A program made the translations under genes and the position numbers. 64,000 nt of DNA, from positions 56,902,864 through 56,966,863 of the forward strand of contig NC_081373.1 of assembly GCF_030684315.1 (NCBI RefSeq). Direction: 5' to 3'. The first letter of the stretch is position 1. Each line of letters starts with the position of its first letter. This stretch comes from Stegostoma tigrinum (taxonomy: Eukaryota). The notes under the pieces were generated by a model. It did no database searches. It worked only from the letters and a program-made list of their open reading frames with translations, and was not told the DNA's origin. Below are positions 1-13,200 of the stretch, piece after piece.

Positions 1-106
1 TTTGCTATTTCAAATTTCCTTTTCCCCTTTACCTTTTCACAACACTTAATTACCAAGGAGTATGTGACCTCCTTGTTCTTTCCAAAACACATCAGGTAGT
101 GCCAAG

Positions 107-1515
107 GTGGGTGGTACAGTGGTTAGCACTACTGCCTGTCAGCACGAGGGACACAAGTTCAATTCCAACAAAGGATGACTGTATGGAGACTGCCCTTGTC
201 TGCGTGGGTTCTCCCTGGGTGCTCCAGTTTCCTCCACAGTCCAAAGATGTGCAGGTTAGGTGGCTTGCTATTCTGAAATTGTCCCGTAGTGTTTAGGGTT
301 GTGTAGTCTGGGTATAGAACATAGAACAGTACAGCACAGAACAGGCCCTTCAGCCCACAATGTTGTGCCGACCATTGATCCTCATGTATGCACCCTCAAA
401 TTTCTGTGACCATATACATGTCCAGCAGTCTCTTAAATGTCTCCAATGACCTTGTTTCCACAACTGCTGCTGGCAACGCATTCCATGCTCTCACAACTCT
501 CTGCGTAAAGAACCTGCCTCTGACATCCCCTCGATACTTTCCACCAACCAGCTTAAAACTATGACCCCTCGTGCTAGCCATTTCTGCCCTGGGAAATAGT
601 CTCTGGCTATCAACTCTATCTATGCCTCTCATTATCTTGTATACCTCAATTAGGTCCCCTCTCCTCCTCCTTTTCTCCAATGAAAAGAGACCGAGCTCAG
701 TCAACCTCTCTTCATAAGATAAGCCCTCCAGTCCAGGCAGCATCCTGGTAAACCTCCTCTGAACCCTCTCCAAAGCATCCACATCTTTCCTATAATAGGG
801 CGCCCAGAACTGGACGCAGTATTCCAAGTGCGGTCTAACCAAAGTTTTATAGAGCTGCAACAAGATCTCACGACTCTTAAACTCAATCCCCCTGTTAATG
901 AAAGCCAAAACACCATATGCTTTCTTAACAACCCTGTCCACTTGGGTGGCCATTTTAAGGGATCTGTGTATCTGCACACCAAGATCCCTCTGTTCCTCCA
1001 CACTGCCAAGAATCCTATCCTTAATCCTGTACTCAGCTTTCAAATTCGACCTTCCAAAATGCATCACCTCGCATTTATCCAGGTTGAACTCCATCTGCCA
1101 CCTCTCAGCCCATCTCTGCATCCTGTCAATGTCCCGCTGCAGCCTACAACAGCCCTCTACACTATCAACAACACCTCCGACCTTTGTGTCGTCTGCAAAC
1201 TTGCTGACCCATCCTTCAATCCCCTCATCCAAGTCATTAATAAAAATTACAAACAGTAGAGGCCCAAGGACAGAGCCCTGTGGAACTCCACTCACCACTG
1301 ACTTCCAGGCAGAATATTTTCCTTCTACTACCACTCGCTGTCTTCTGTTGGCCAGCCAATTCTGTATCCAAGCAGCTAAGTTCCCCTGTATCCCATTCCT
1401 CCTGACCTTCTGAATGAGGTATGGGGCTGGGTATGGTTGAGATGCTCTTCAGAGAGATGGTACAGACATAATTGGGCCAAATAGCCTCCTCCTGCACTGT
1501 AGGGATTCTGTGATT
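107..1515 (+). mobile_element. HE1-type tRNA-derived SINE split by a CR1 insertion (pieces ~107-315 and ~1418-1515)
   Basis: tRNA-like head (GGTACAGTGGTTAGCACT...GTTCAATTCC), conserved body shared with other copies in the window, CR1-like tail CTGTAGGGATTCTGTGATT. Confidence 0.8.
316..1417 (-). mobile_element. Young CR1 (HER1-like) LINE, 5'-truncated, with uninterrupted RT C-terminal ORF (396-1334)
   Basis: ORF has GVPQGSVLGP, FADDTK and RPHLEYCVQFW motifs; (CTATGTT)n tail; GGTAT flanks both ends (311-315, 1418-1422). Confidence 0.95.
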
Positions 1516-2043
1516 GAGTTGCCTGCTTCCATGTAGTAAATCAGATAGTTCCAAAGACATGAGGAGGCAGACTGAACGTAACAAGTATGTAATAGAACAA
1601 CAGCTGGGACAGGTCTGGGAGCTTCAGACATTAAAACCCCACCTCAAGTGGATAAAACTATAAAAAAATGCTCAATAAATTCTGAATTTTATGAGAAGAG
1701 ATATAGGATATAAGAGTAAAGATGTAGTGGCAAATTCATGTCAGCCTCAGTAAGATGGCAGTTGGAAATATGGTGCCCAGTATGCATCTCTCACTGTATA
1801 CAGAATGTTGATCCGATAAAGATACAGAACAGATTTGCTGGGCAGTACCAAGAATAAGATTAAAATAAAGATAGACTTGGAATCAGAGCTGCTTTGGTTC
1901 AAAGAAATGAAACAAAAGCTAAAAGTTTATGAATAGATAGGACAGGGCAGATAGAAACATTGATTAAAAGTCTAGGTGAGAAGAATGCTGTAAATAAGGT
2001 AAAAACAGATGCTGGATTGGAAGACAGTGGATGTTATGACCAT

Positions 2044-2420
2044 AGAGATAATGGGAACTGCAGATGCTGGAGAATCCAAGATAACAAAGTGTGAAGCTGG
2101 ACGAACACAGCAGGGCAAGCAACATCTTAGGAGCACAAAAGCTGACATTGCGGGCCTAGACCCTTCATCAGAGAGGGGGATGGGGAGAGGGTTCTGAAAT
2201 AAATAGGGAGAGAGGGGGAGGCGGATCGAAGATGGATAGAGAAGAATCCGCATCCTTGATCTGTCCGTCCTCCCCAGACTGACCTATCCCCTCCCCACCT
2301 ATCTTCTCCTCTATCCATCTTCGGTCCGCCTCCCCCTCTCTCCCTATTTATTTCAGAACCCTCTCCCCATCCCCCTCTCCGATGAAGGGTCTCGGCCCAA
2401 AGCTTCAGCTTTTTGTGTCT
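2044..2420. mobile_element. Penelope-like element derivative in inverted (fold-back) arrangement, with degenerate hammerhead cores
   Basis: Same sequence family as 31699-33065; left part minus, right part plus; cores mutated (GCAA for GAAA; CCGATGA). Confidence 0.8.
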
Positions 2421-2481
2421 GATCAATCAAAACATATTAAATGATGCAGAAGGCAGGGAGCACAGCCCTGCACCTCGTTAC

Positions 2482-2546
2482 CTCAGTCTTCGCTGCATAC
2501 AGTGGGATGTCATGAAATGGAGATAGGAACTGACCCTGGGCATTGC
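2482..2546 (-). CDS. Inorganic pyrophosphatase (PPA1/PPA2 family), coding exon 2; gene continues beyond the left edge
   Basis: tgttgcag|GC AAT...ACT GAG|gtaac; translates (S)NAQGQFLSPFHDIPLYAAKTE, with the family SPFHDIP motif; phase matches exon 1. Confidence 0.92.
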
Positions 2547-2689
2547 CTGCAACAGAAACACAGCAGTCAAAAACACACTCGAAGCAGTCAGTCCACGAGA
2601 AATCTCCACACCTAAATACCTGACTGCCACAGCGCCACACACGCTCACCCAATTAATCAACCTATTACCAGCCATCTCCCACTATCAAA

Positions 2690-3240
2690 TACCCCAATCA
2701 AACCCTAACCTCCTGAAAGACCAACTCCAACACCCTCAACTAGCCCAGTCACCCTCTTAAATCCTGACACCACTGTCCCACCTTGCAATCTCAGTCTTTT
2801 CCCCACTCGCACCTCCAGAACAGGTACTCTGCAAACCAGCCTGTCAGGTACACTCAGTATCCCCACCCTCACTCAGGAGGGAAACCCACCCCCTACATTC
2901 AATCTCCCCCACCCCGACCGCCCCTCCCCCCAACACGCTCGAAACCACCCCAACACCCCCCCAAAATCTCAGAACACTCCCCCCACCTCGCGCCCAACAC
3001 TCTCGACCCCCACCGCACCCCGAGCCCCCCCACAATCTCGACCTCCACCTCACCCTGACTCCCCCAGCACACTCTGGAACCACCCACACTCTCAACCCCA
3101 CCTCACCCCGACCACCCCACAGTCTCAACTCCCCTCACACTCTCGACCCCGACACCCACCCCTCCCATTCTCACCCCACTCACCTCCACCTTCCCAGCCC
3201 ATCCCACCCACTCTTCCCCACCGTGCTCTCTCTCCTCACT
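2690..3240. repeat. C-rich degenerate tandem/low-complexity tract in pyrophosphatase intron 1 (G-rich on the transcribed strand)
   Basis: Repeated CACACTCTCGACCCC/CACCCCG-like units. Confidence 0.7.
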
Positions 3241-3243
3241 CAC

Positions 3244-3307
3244 TCAGGAACAGGCGATAGGTGCCGGTATGCTCCCGGCCACGCTCTTCCCTGCCATACC
3301 CCGCCAT
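3244..3307 (-). CDS. Inorganic pyrophosphatase (PPA1/PPA2 family), coding exon 1
   Basis: GCG ATG G Kozak context; MAGYGREERGREHTGTYRLFL + A|gtgagt; 64 nt; resembles the PPA N-terminus (EER...YRxF). Confidence 0.9.
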
Positions 3308-3530
3308 CGCTGCACAGACCCTGAACCCGCCTCCGCTACGTCAGTGACACACCCCTCCGAGTGCACCGTCCAGGCCACGTCACGGACACACCTCCGTACG
3401 GCCAAACGTCACGACGCCATGTCTTATACCCACCCCCCTATGCACTGCGTCCGCCGGCATCTCGCGCGTGCACCGTCATGACGTAACACGCAGTAACGGC
3501 CAAGTTGTTGGGGTTCTGGGTGCGGGAAAG
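3308..3530 (-). promoter_or_regulatory. CpG-rich 5'UTR/promoter of the pyrophosphatase gene, with several CRE/ATF half-sites
   Basis: High CpG density; repeated TGACG/CGTCA motifs (~3338, 3377, 3406, 3479). Confidence 0.7.
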
Positions 3531-3984
3531 TGTTTTATGGAAAGATGGTGACTTACTTGAGAGATGTAGTTAGAACATAGAACCATACAGCGCAGAACAG
3601 GCCCTTCAGCCCTCGATGTTGCGCCGAACTGTGAACTAATCTAAGCCCCTCCCCCTACATCATCATCCATATGCTTATCCAAGGACTGTTTAAATGCACC
3701 TAAGTTGGCTTGGGGATACGCAAGCAGAAGCTGACAGCCAGATGTGATACCTGTGAGAACTTCCTCAACTGGGATCGTGCGTTCATGTCACACTGCAGGT
3801 GACCCCACCACAATCTACACTCCAAACACACACACAGTTGTCTTGGCCTGTAGAAATAATCTGCGTGCGGTATGTTTGCAGACCAGCGTTACGATGAAGG
3901 GTTAATCAGCCGTGCCATAGTTTACATCTGTGTGTGGCGTGCAGCCCGGAGGTTGATGGAGAAAAGCTGCAATGCAAAAACAAA

Positions 3985-5150
3985 GGTGGAAAGGCAGGTT
4001 GACAGAGGGACACACGGTTTACAGAGAGTTATTGATAGGTTAAGTAAATGGGCAAGAGGTTGGGAAGGATATGGATGCACTGGAAAGGGTGCAGAGGAAA
4101 TTTACCAGGATGTTGCCTGGTATGGACGGCTACGAGGAAAGGCTGAGGGACTTGAGGCTGTTTTCGTTAGAGAGAAGAAGGTTAAGAGGTGACTTAATTG
4201 AGACATACAAGATGATCAGAGGATTAGGTACGGTGGACAGTGAGAGCCTTGTTCCTCAGGTGGTGATGGCTAGCTTTAAATTGAGGTTTGATAGATATAG
4301 GACAGAAGACAGAGGTAGGTTCTTCACTGAGAGAGTGTAAAGGCGTGGAATGCCCTGCCTGCAACAGTAGTAGACTCACCAACTTTAAGTAACACTAGTG
4401 AATAGTGCTTAAATAATAGGAAGGCAGAATACTGGGTCAATGGAAAGATTCTTGGTAGTGTGGATGTGCAGAGGGATCTTGGTGTCCATGTACATAGATC
4501 CCTGAAATTTGCCACCCAGGTTGATAGTGCTGTTAAGATGGTGTACGGTGTGTTAGGTTTTATTGGTAGAGGGATTGAGTTCCAAAGCCATGATGTCATG
4601 CTGCAACTTACAAAATGCTAGTGTGGCCATTCTTGGAATATTGTGTACAGCTCTGGTCGCACCATTATAGGAAGGATGTGGAAGCATTGGAAAACGTGCA
4701 GAGGAGATTTACCAGGATGTTGCCTGGTCTGAAGAGAAGATCTTATGAGGAAAGGCTGAGGAACTTAGGTCTGTTCTCATTGGATAGAAGAAGGCCAAGA
4801 GGGGATCTAATAGAGGCATATAAGATGATCAGAGGATTAGATAGGGTAGATAGTGGAGTCTTTTTCCTAGGATGATGACATCAGCTTGTACGAGGGGGCA
4901 TAGCTACAAATTGAGAGGTGATAGATTTAAGACAGATGTCAGAGGCAGGTTCTTTACTCAGAGAGTTGTAAGGGTGTGGAGTGCGCTACCTGCCAATGTA
5001 GTTAACTCAGCCACATTAGGGGCATTTAAACAGTCCTTGGATAAGCATATGGATGATGATGGGATAGTGTAAGGCTTAGATTAGTTCACAGATCGGCACA
5101 ACATCAAGGGCTGAAGGGCCTGTTCTGCGCTGTATTGTTTTATGTTCTAT
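3985..5150 (+). mobile_element. Two tandem CR1 LINE 3' fragments
   Basis: ORF pieces ALERVQRKFTRMLPG, LEYCVQLWSHHYRKD, RGRFFTQRVV; ATGTTCTAT tail. Confidence 0.9.
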
Positions 5151-5159
5151 AAATGTTAC

Positions 5160-7500
5160 AAGAGAATATGCCTTCCTATTCACCCTGGTCCATTTGTTCA
5201 TAATCTTATACACCCCTATCAATTTCCCCTCAACCTTTCTGCTTCAAGGAAAGCAACACTATACCATCCAGTATTTCGTCATAGCTCAGATACTCCAGGC
5301 AGCATCCTCGTTAATCTCCTCTGCACACTCTCAATGTGATCAGATCCTTCCTGTATGTGGTGATGGAATTGCATGTAGTTCTGTAACCAGCATTTTGAAC
5401 AGTTCTAGCACAACCTCAACCTGTATTCTGAACCTCAGCTAATAAGGTCAACTATCCCATATGCGTACATAATCACCTTATCTACCTGTCCTGCTACCTT
5501 CAGGGATCTGTCGACATGCACATCAAGGTCCTCTGATCTCCGAATCCTACTATACATAGTGTAACGCTGTTTCTTATTAGCCCTTGCCATGCGCATTTTT
5601 GGGTTGAATTCCATTTACTACTGCTCTGTCCAGCTGACCAGTCCGTTCTTTTGCAGTTTAAGCCTGTCCTTCTCATTATGTACCACTGTACCAATTTTCA
5701 TGTCGTCCTGAAAGTTATTGATCAGGTCCCCTTCATTTAAGTCCAAATTGTTAATTTACAACATTAACAGAAAGGCTTCCAGTCACAGAAACAATCCTCT
5801 CCAATCACTTCTACTTCTTGCCTCTTAGTCAATTTTGGATCTAATCTATCATTTTGCCTCAGATCTCAGGAACTGTTCCTGCTTTGACTAATCTGCCGTG
5901 AGGGTCCTTATTAAAGCGGTGCTAAATACCACATGGACCACATCAAATCCACTTCAATCCTTTTGGTTACTACCTCAAAAACTTTGATTAAACACAGTGG
6001 TCCCTTAAATTCATGCTGAGTATCCCTGATTAACCTATGTTTCTCAAAGTGCACATCTGTTGTGTAGCTTGGAATTCTTTCTAATAACATACTCATCACT
6101 GGGGTTAGACCGACTGGCCTGTGAATTCCAGTTCTATCCTTTCTTTTTAAAGAATAGGACTGTGTTAGCTGTCTTCCATTCCCCTTGCAGCTCATCTGTA
6201 ACCAGAAAGGATTTGAAGTTTACTGCCAGGTGCCCTGATATCTCTCCCTTTGCCTCCGTTAACAGCCTTGGTAGATCTCATCCAGGTCTGTGGATTTATC
6301 CACTTTTAAGGCTGCAAAAGCGGCTAGAATCTCATTTCTCTATGTTAATTTCTTCTGTTATGTCACAGGCCTCCAACCTGATGTCTGTATCTGCATTGTC
6401 CTTTTCTATTGAGAAGATCAATGCAGAATATTCAGTGAGGACTGTGCCCCTGCCTTCTGGATCCACACACACATTACTTTGATAGTCTCTTAATGAGCCC
6501 TACTCTTTCTCTTGTTATTCTCTTGCTCTCTATATGTCTAAACGGCCTCTTTGGGATCTGCTTTATTCCACCTACCAGTGCTTTCTCATGCACTTCCTTT
6601 GATCTCCTAATTTCCTTTTTAAGCTCCCCCAGGCACATTATGCACATCTAGGGACTCTGCCATCAGCTCTTTTTTTCTTAATCCTATCCTTATGTCACAT
6701 GTCTTCAAGATTTTCTGGTCGTGGACCCACCCTTTTTCTTAATGGGAGGAATTTGTCTTTTATACTCACTATTTCCTCCTTCTATGTCTTTAATATATTT
6801 TTATATGCAAATAGCTGCTGCCAGTCCACTTGGGCCAAAATATATCTTAGTAAAAATAGCTTTTTATTCCCGTCCCGTCCTATCCTTTTCCATAACCATC
6901 CTAAATCTAACAGAGCTGTGGTTACTATCTCCCAAGTCTTCTCCCTACTGATCTGCCTTCCATCTGCCTAGGCTTATTTCCAAATATTAGGTCCAGAACT
7001 GCCCCTACCGTCTTATGCTTCATGTACGGGTGAGTAAAGCACTCCTGGATGCATTTAAGAATTTTGTTGCCTCCCTACCTTGAGCACACAAACTGTCCCA
7101 GTTAACATTTGGATGGTTAAAATCTCCTATTATTATTGCCTTATTATTCTTACATTCCTGTGAAATTTGATTACATATTTGATCCTCTAGATCTCTCTGA
7201 TAGTTTGGGACCCTATAATAGATGTCAAACAATGTGTTTGCTTGTTTATAATTTTGAATTTTATCATATGGCCTCGTTTGATGATCGTTACTGCTATATG
7301 ATTCATTCCTTGATCAATGTTTCAAAATCCAAACCCCCATCCATCTCATTACCTCATCTGAATAACCTGTAAATAGTGATATTGAGCTGCCAAACCAGCC
7401 CATCTTTCAGCCAAGTCAAATAACAATCTAGGCCCTCATTTTGCCTATCTTATTCTCCAGGCATCTTGCATTAAAATATATTCCACTTAGCCTTGTTAAA
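5160..7500 (-). mobile_element. Old degenerate CR1 LINE (endonuclease to RT remnants)
   Basis: Minus-strand fragments IIIGDFNHPNVNWD (APE endonuclease) and HRPVGLTPV (RT). Confidence 0.8.
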
Positions 7501-7949
7501 CTCAATTTTTTTTTCTTGGCTAGGTAAGCCTGTTTTTCCTCTGCCTTCTCCTCTACCTTCACTTATTCATTTTTACCTTCTAATTCCATCTCAGCTTGTC
7601 TCCACGCTGAACTATTTATCCCCTATCTACTTAAATCCAACCCTGCATCTTCACCATTGGAATTATTATGAAAGGAGCTAGACCAGAATACCCATTAAGA
7701 AGATAAGCATACAAAGCTTCAATAAAAATGTCTGGCTTCACATTCTTTTGGGTTATCAGGGTCCACCTTCAGTGATCCAAGCCTGCAATCTTCTACATCT
7801 TTTAAAAATCTTTTCATGTTCTGTGGGCAATGACAGAAAGGCCAAGGTTGAGCAACTTTTGTCCACCTTGAACCTGTGCAATCCATGCGGTATTGGTACA
7901 CCCACAATATTGCTAGGAAAGAAGTCCTGGATTTTGATACTACAACAAT

Positions 7950-9540
7950 GAAAGAACAGAGGTATTGTTTCAAGTTACAATGATGTATGCTTGGAGGAGA
8001 AATTGCAGATGGTGGTGTCCTCGGTATCTGTTGCCATTGTCCTTCGATGTGGGAGAGGTCTCAAGATTGCTAGGTACTGTTGAAGGACCCTTGACGAGTT
8101 GCACGGTGCAATTTGTAGATGGTGTACACTGCTGCCACTGTGTGGCAGTGGTGAAGGGAGCAAATGTGGAATAGGGTGTCAATCAGCAGACCTTGCTGTG
8201 TTGGAGAAGTACTCTCCAGACTATCTTGATGTCTGCTTTGAGATGGTGAACAGGCTCAGAGAGTCAGCAGTTGAGTTATTCACTGAAGGATTCATTGCTT
8301 CTGATCTGCTTTTATAGCCATAGTATTTATATAACTGTTCTAGATAAATTTTTGGAGAATAGGAATTCCAGGATGTTGATAGGGAGGATTTCAACAATGG
8401 TAATGCCTTTAAATGTCAGAGGAAGATGGTTATTGCCTGGCTGTTGTGTGGTGCAAATGTTACTTGCCTCTTATCAACCTGATTGTTGTCTAAGTATTGC
8501 TGTGTATCAACACAGTCTTGTATATTATCAACACAGACTGCTTCAGTATCTGATGAGTTGCCAATTCTACTGAACATTATGCAGTCACCAGCAAACAACC
8601 CCACTTTTTATGATGGAAGGAAGATCTTTGATAAAGGTGTTTGGGCCTTGGGCAGTATCCTGAGGAACTTCCACATTTCCTGGGACTGAGATGATTAGCA
8701 TCCAATAACCACAATTAATCTGTCTTTGTGCTAGGTATGTCTCCAGTGAATGGAGAATTCTGCCCATTTTAAAAAATGAATTCATGGGATGTGCACAACA
8801 CTGGCAGTGCCAGTATTTATTGCTCATTCCAGCTGCCACTGAGAAGGATCTGGTGCAAAGCCTTCTTGAACTGCTGAAGTTCATTTGGTGTAGGTTGACC
8901 CACAGTGTTGTCAAGGAAAGATTTTCAGGATGTTGACCCATCAACACTAGGAGTGGTGATATATTTCCAACTCTTGACGGCGAGTGACTTGGCAGGGAAC
9001 ATGCATCTGGTGGTGCTCCAATCTACCTCTACCTTTGTCCTTCTCAATGGCACTGGTCATGAGTTTGGAATTTGGTGATGTAATTGAATATCAAGGAGTG
9101 ATAGTTAGATTCTTTCTTGTTGGAGGTGGTCATTTCTTGGTCTTTGCTGGGGTGAATACTACTTGCCACTTGTCAGCCCAAGCAAGGCTGTGGTTAGGTC
9201 TTGCTGCTTTTATACATTGACTGCTTCGGTATCTGAGGAGTTGTGAATGATGCTGAGTATTGTGCAGTCATTGGCAAATATCCCCGCTACTGACCTTATG
9301 AGGGAAGTTCATTGACGAATAAGCAGAAGGTGGTTGGGCCAAGGACGTAACCCTAAGGACTCCTGCAGAGAAGGAGTTGAGGTGACTGACCTTCAACCAT
9401 CTTCCTTTGTACTAGGCATGATTCCAATGGGCTGAGAGTTTTTTCCCCAATTCCCATTGACTCCAGTTTTGATGGAGCTCCTTAATGTCAGAGTCAGTTA
9501 AATGTGATGTTTAGAGCAGTCATTCTTATCTCCCTTGCCT
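7950..9540 (-). mobile_element. Degenerate non-LTR retrotransposon fragments (CR1/L2 group)
   Basis: Minus-strand GPNTF...DLPSII...GLFAGDCIMF (decayed FADD); two overlapping copies. Confidence 0.7.
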
Positions 9541-10007
9541 GCAAAGGTGAGCTAATAAAAGGCAAATTAAAAGTATTTTTGTTGCAGAAAATCAGAATTT
9601 TCTGGAGGTACGGGATATTAGATTCTATTGGTTAATTATTTTAAGTGAGATTCTGTGCAATGGACATACTGAAGATAGTACACCCATTGAATACCATGTG
9701 GATGATTGTTCTTTGTTAGATGATTTACACTTTGCAAAAACTGTAGACAAGATGGGCTACAGATTGCTGGCCTGACAACAAATACTGGAAAGAAAGGAAA
9801 TCTCTAAAATTAAATGAATGGATTTAAGTCATCAATTGCCTGTTTTACAAAAGTAAGTGCATGCATAAAGAAGGCTTCTAGATTAGAGACATCTTATGAT
9901 GTAATATTTTGTACAGAAAATGAAAGTTTTGCATTTAATATATTTCATCATTTTGGCTGTACGTATGAACTTTATTTTTTATTTAATGGGGGAGGAAGGA
10001 ATCTTAC

Positions 10008-11205
10008 TGTTGAGAGAAGTCTTGAGTAGGTGGGACGAACTCAGGTCTCTTGGCTTACGGGCATTACAAAGCAGAGGTTGATCCCTCTCCTCTGAGAACC
10101 AAAACTGAAAGACTCAAAGAGGAGCACCTTGTCCTATAATCTGTTAAAAGGAGTGTGAAAAGGGGTATAAGAGGCAACACAGTATGGAGCTGGAGGAACA
10201 CAGTTGGCCAGCCAACATCAGAGGAGCAGGAAAGTTGACATTTTGGGTTGGGATCCAAGTTCAGAAGAAGGGTCTTGACCCGAAACATCAACTTTCCTGC
10301 TCCTCTGATGCTGCATGGCCTGTTGTTTCCCCCAGATCGATACTGTGTTGTCTCTGATTCCAGTATCTGCAGTTCATGCTATCTCTGAAAAGGGGTGTAA
10401 CCTGTCTTTCAGCAACTTATAGTGATTAAATCAAATAAATCCCTGACACTTACTTTGCAATCAACAAATAACAATTTATTTATCTAACTCTAACAGTGAA
10501 CAAATTAACTAAACTATTAACAAAGCGAACAAATCCCTTCTAACTACTAACAATCCCCGAATAATACAAGATGCTAATCTATGATGTCCCAATAAATACA
10601 AGTCCCACTTAAATAACAGAACAATAGAATTTAATCTTTCAAAATTACAGCCAGGTTACGTCTTCTGGAATGTTCTGTATCTTCTCCGTCAATTCTTCTG
10701 TCAGGAATCTTAGTTAAGAGTCCCATATTACCCTTGTGATGGATAGTGCTTTCTCTAAGAGCTGAGAGCTATTATCTCCAGAAAATGACAGTTAACTCTA
10801 CCTTTTTTCCAACAGTCCCCCTTCTTTGATACCCTGATGACATATCAAATTCTGACAATCAGATTGCTCCTAGGATGTCAAAACCATCAGATTCAAATTC
10901 GATATGTTTTTGGTATCTAAGTACCTGGTTCAAATTGATTGGCTAAATTCAAAAACCTGTTGTCTTTGTAAAAATGCTGCTTGTCCTGATAATGATGTGG
11001 CCATTTGATACAAATGTTTCAATTCAGATGCTCTCTGTTGATGCAAATTTTCAAGCTGCTCACGGACATCTCCAAGCACAATCTTTTAAAGGGATGATTG
11101 AATACTCCCCCCTCCCCCAACATTATACAAACACCAATATTTTCAAACACCAAATTCCAAAGTCCTGCCTCCCAATCTATAAATACTGTACCCAACTTCA
11201 CAACA
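10008..11205. mobile_element. Possible solo LTR, interrupted by a Penelope-like insertion
   Basis: Ends TGTTGAGA...TCACAACA form an imperfect inverted repeat; no clear TSD. Confidence 0.4.
10171..10385. mobile_element. Penelope-like fold-back insertion with 15-bp TSD
   Basis: TSD TGAAAAGGGGT(A/G)TAA at 10156-10170 and 10386-10400; inverted arms; degenerate hammerhead core CAGAAGAAGGGTCTTGACCCGAAACATC. Confidence 0.8.
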
Positions 11206-11676
11206 CAGATGAGGTTGCTACCATGCACCACAAGAGACCTCTTAATCTATTAATTGTATACAAATTGTGTGCAGATGGCGATCATCAATCTGGGACAGGG
11301 ACTTGCTTGAACTAGAATATACAAATAAGAAAAAAAATTCACAAGTTGGAGGGGTCATGGTGTGCACTGGTAGTATCCCTGCCTCTGAGCTGGAAGACCT
11401 GGATTCAAGTCCCACCTGCTCCAGCAGTGAGTGCTGCCATCTATGAACAGGCTAATTAGAAAATAGAGAAAAGATTCACCTGAACTGGAAAACATAGGTA
11501 ATTCACTGGAGGTGGTGAATAGATGAAAAATATCATGTGTGATTTGATGGTGGGAAGGAAAGCCAGTCAGTTGTACGTGGTAACACTTCTGGATGTTTAA
11601 AAAAAAGCTTACTTTCCATTGGTAATTACTTCAGAAACACAGGTGATTTAGTTGTTGAGGATGAAGGAGAAAAGAG

Positions 11677-12288
11677 GTGGCACATGGCTCAGTGGTTAGC
11701 ACTGTTGCCTCACAGCAATGAGGACCTGGGTTCAAATCCAGCCTCTGGTGACTGTCTATGTGGAGTTTGATTAGATTACCTACAGTGTGGAAACAGGCCC
11801 TTTAGCCCAACAAGTCCACACTGCCCATTTAAGCATCCCACCCAGACCCATCCCCCTATAACCCACACACCCCTGAACACTATGGGCAATTTAGCATGGT
11901 CGATCCACCTAGCCTGCACATCTTTGGACTGTGGGAGGAAACAGGAGCACCCAGAGGAAACCTACGCAGACACGGGGAGAATGTGCAAACTCCACATAGA
12001 CAGATGCCCGAGGCTGGAATCGAACCCGGGTCCCTGGCGCTGTGAGGCTGCAGTGCTAACCACTGAGCCACCATGCCGCCCCTTGCGCATTCTCCCTGTG
12101 TCTGCATGGGTTTCCTCTGGGTGCGCCAGTTTCCTCTCACAATCCAAAGCTGTGCAGTTAAGTGGATTAGCCATGGGAAATGCAGGGTTACAAGGATAGC
12201 ATGGGTCTGGCTGGGAGGCTATTCAGAGGGGTTGGTGTGGACTTAATGGGCCATATGGCCCACTCCCACACTGTAGGGATTCTGTGAT
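11677..12288. mobile_element. Nested HE1-type SINEs: a minus-strand copy (~11771-12081) inside a plus-strand copy
   Basis: Outer copy breaks after GTGGAGTTTG and resumes at GCATTCTCCCTGTG; inner copy is a full reverse-complement SINE. Confidence 0.85.
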
Positions 12289-12842
12289 TACAAAATTAAC
12301 ACTGTTGATTTGGTGGTGGGGGGAAAAATGTTCAGTCGTATGTAATAGCACCTTCCAGAAAATAAAAAAATCTCTTGAGCTTGATGGCTTTTATAGCACT
12401 GTGGTAGTACCCCTACCTGGGTCTGGGTTGAAGTCCTACCTTCTCAAGAGGTGGTGTCATAACATCTCTGAACACTTTGATCTGAAAAAAAAATCAATTC
12501 ATTCGAACTGCTATAAATAAAGATTAACTTCTTTATTATTGAGTTACCATACTCGAAAGGTACAACTCTAAATAAATATATAATTGGAGAAAGAAAGGCT
12601 CCAGTTCTATCACTCACCAGTTTCTGGAATGCAGAGGCTGGAGCAGGTGGGACTTGAATCCAGGTCTCCCAGCTCAGAGGCAGGGATACTAACAGTGCAC
12701 TCCAAGAGCCCTCCAACTAACATCTAACCTATACTGGACGCATTCCTGTCACTGTCTGATGAGATATTGTCAAAAGAGTTTTATTTTGGTATTGATGTAC
12801 CCCCTTTTGGAAATGCTTGATTTATTGGTTTGGAGAATTTTA

Positions 12843-13200
12843 TTCGGGAGGTAACGGCCTGGTAGCATTATCACGGAACCATTAATCCAGAGAGCCAGAT
12901 AATGTCTGGGGGCCCGGGTTCGAATCCTGCCAAAGCAGAAGGTGGAATCTGAATTCAACAAATATCTGGAATTAAGAATCCAATGATGACCGTGAATCCA
13001 TTGTCGATTGTTGGAAAAACCCATCTAGTTCACTAGCGTCCTTTAAGGAAGGAACCTGCCTTCCTTACCTGATCTGGCCTAGACATGACTCCAGACCCAC
13101 AGCAATGTGGTTGACTCTTAACTGCCCTCTAGGCAGTCAGGGATGGGCAATAAATGCTGGCCTAGCCAGCAACGCCCGCATCCTGTGAATGAATAAAAAA
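12843..13200 (+). mobile_element. tRNA-derived SINE, second family
   Basis: B box GGGTTCGAATCC; tail GTGAATGAATAAAAAA; inverted copy at 57040-57395. Confidence 0.8.

Noticed and set aside
396-1334. Host protein-coding gene (312 aa)
   Set aside because: 5'-truncated CR1 reverse transcriptase; overlapping ORFs are antisense or alternative-frame shadows
11677-11745. tRNA gene
   Set aside because: tRNA-like A/B boxes are SINE heads continuous with SINE bodies; the same applies to the other copies
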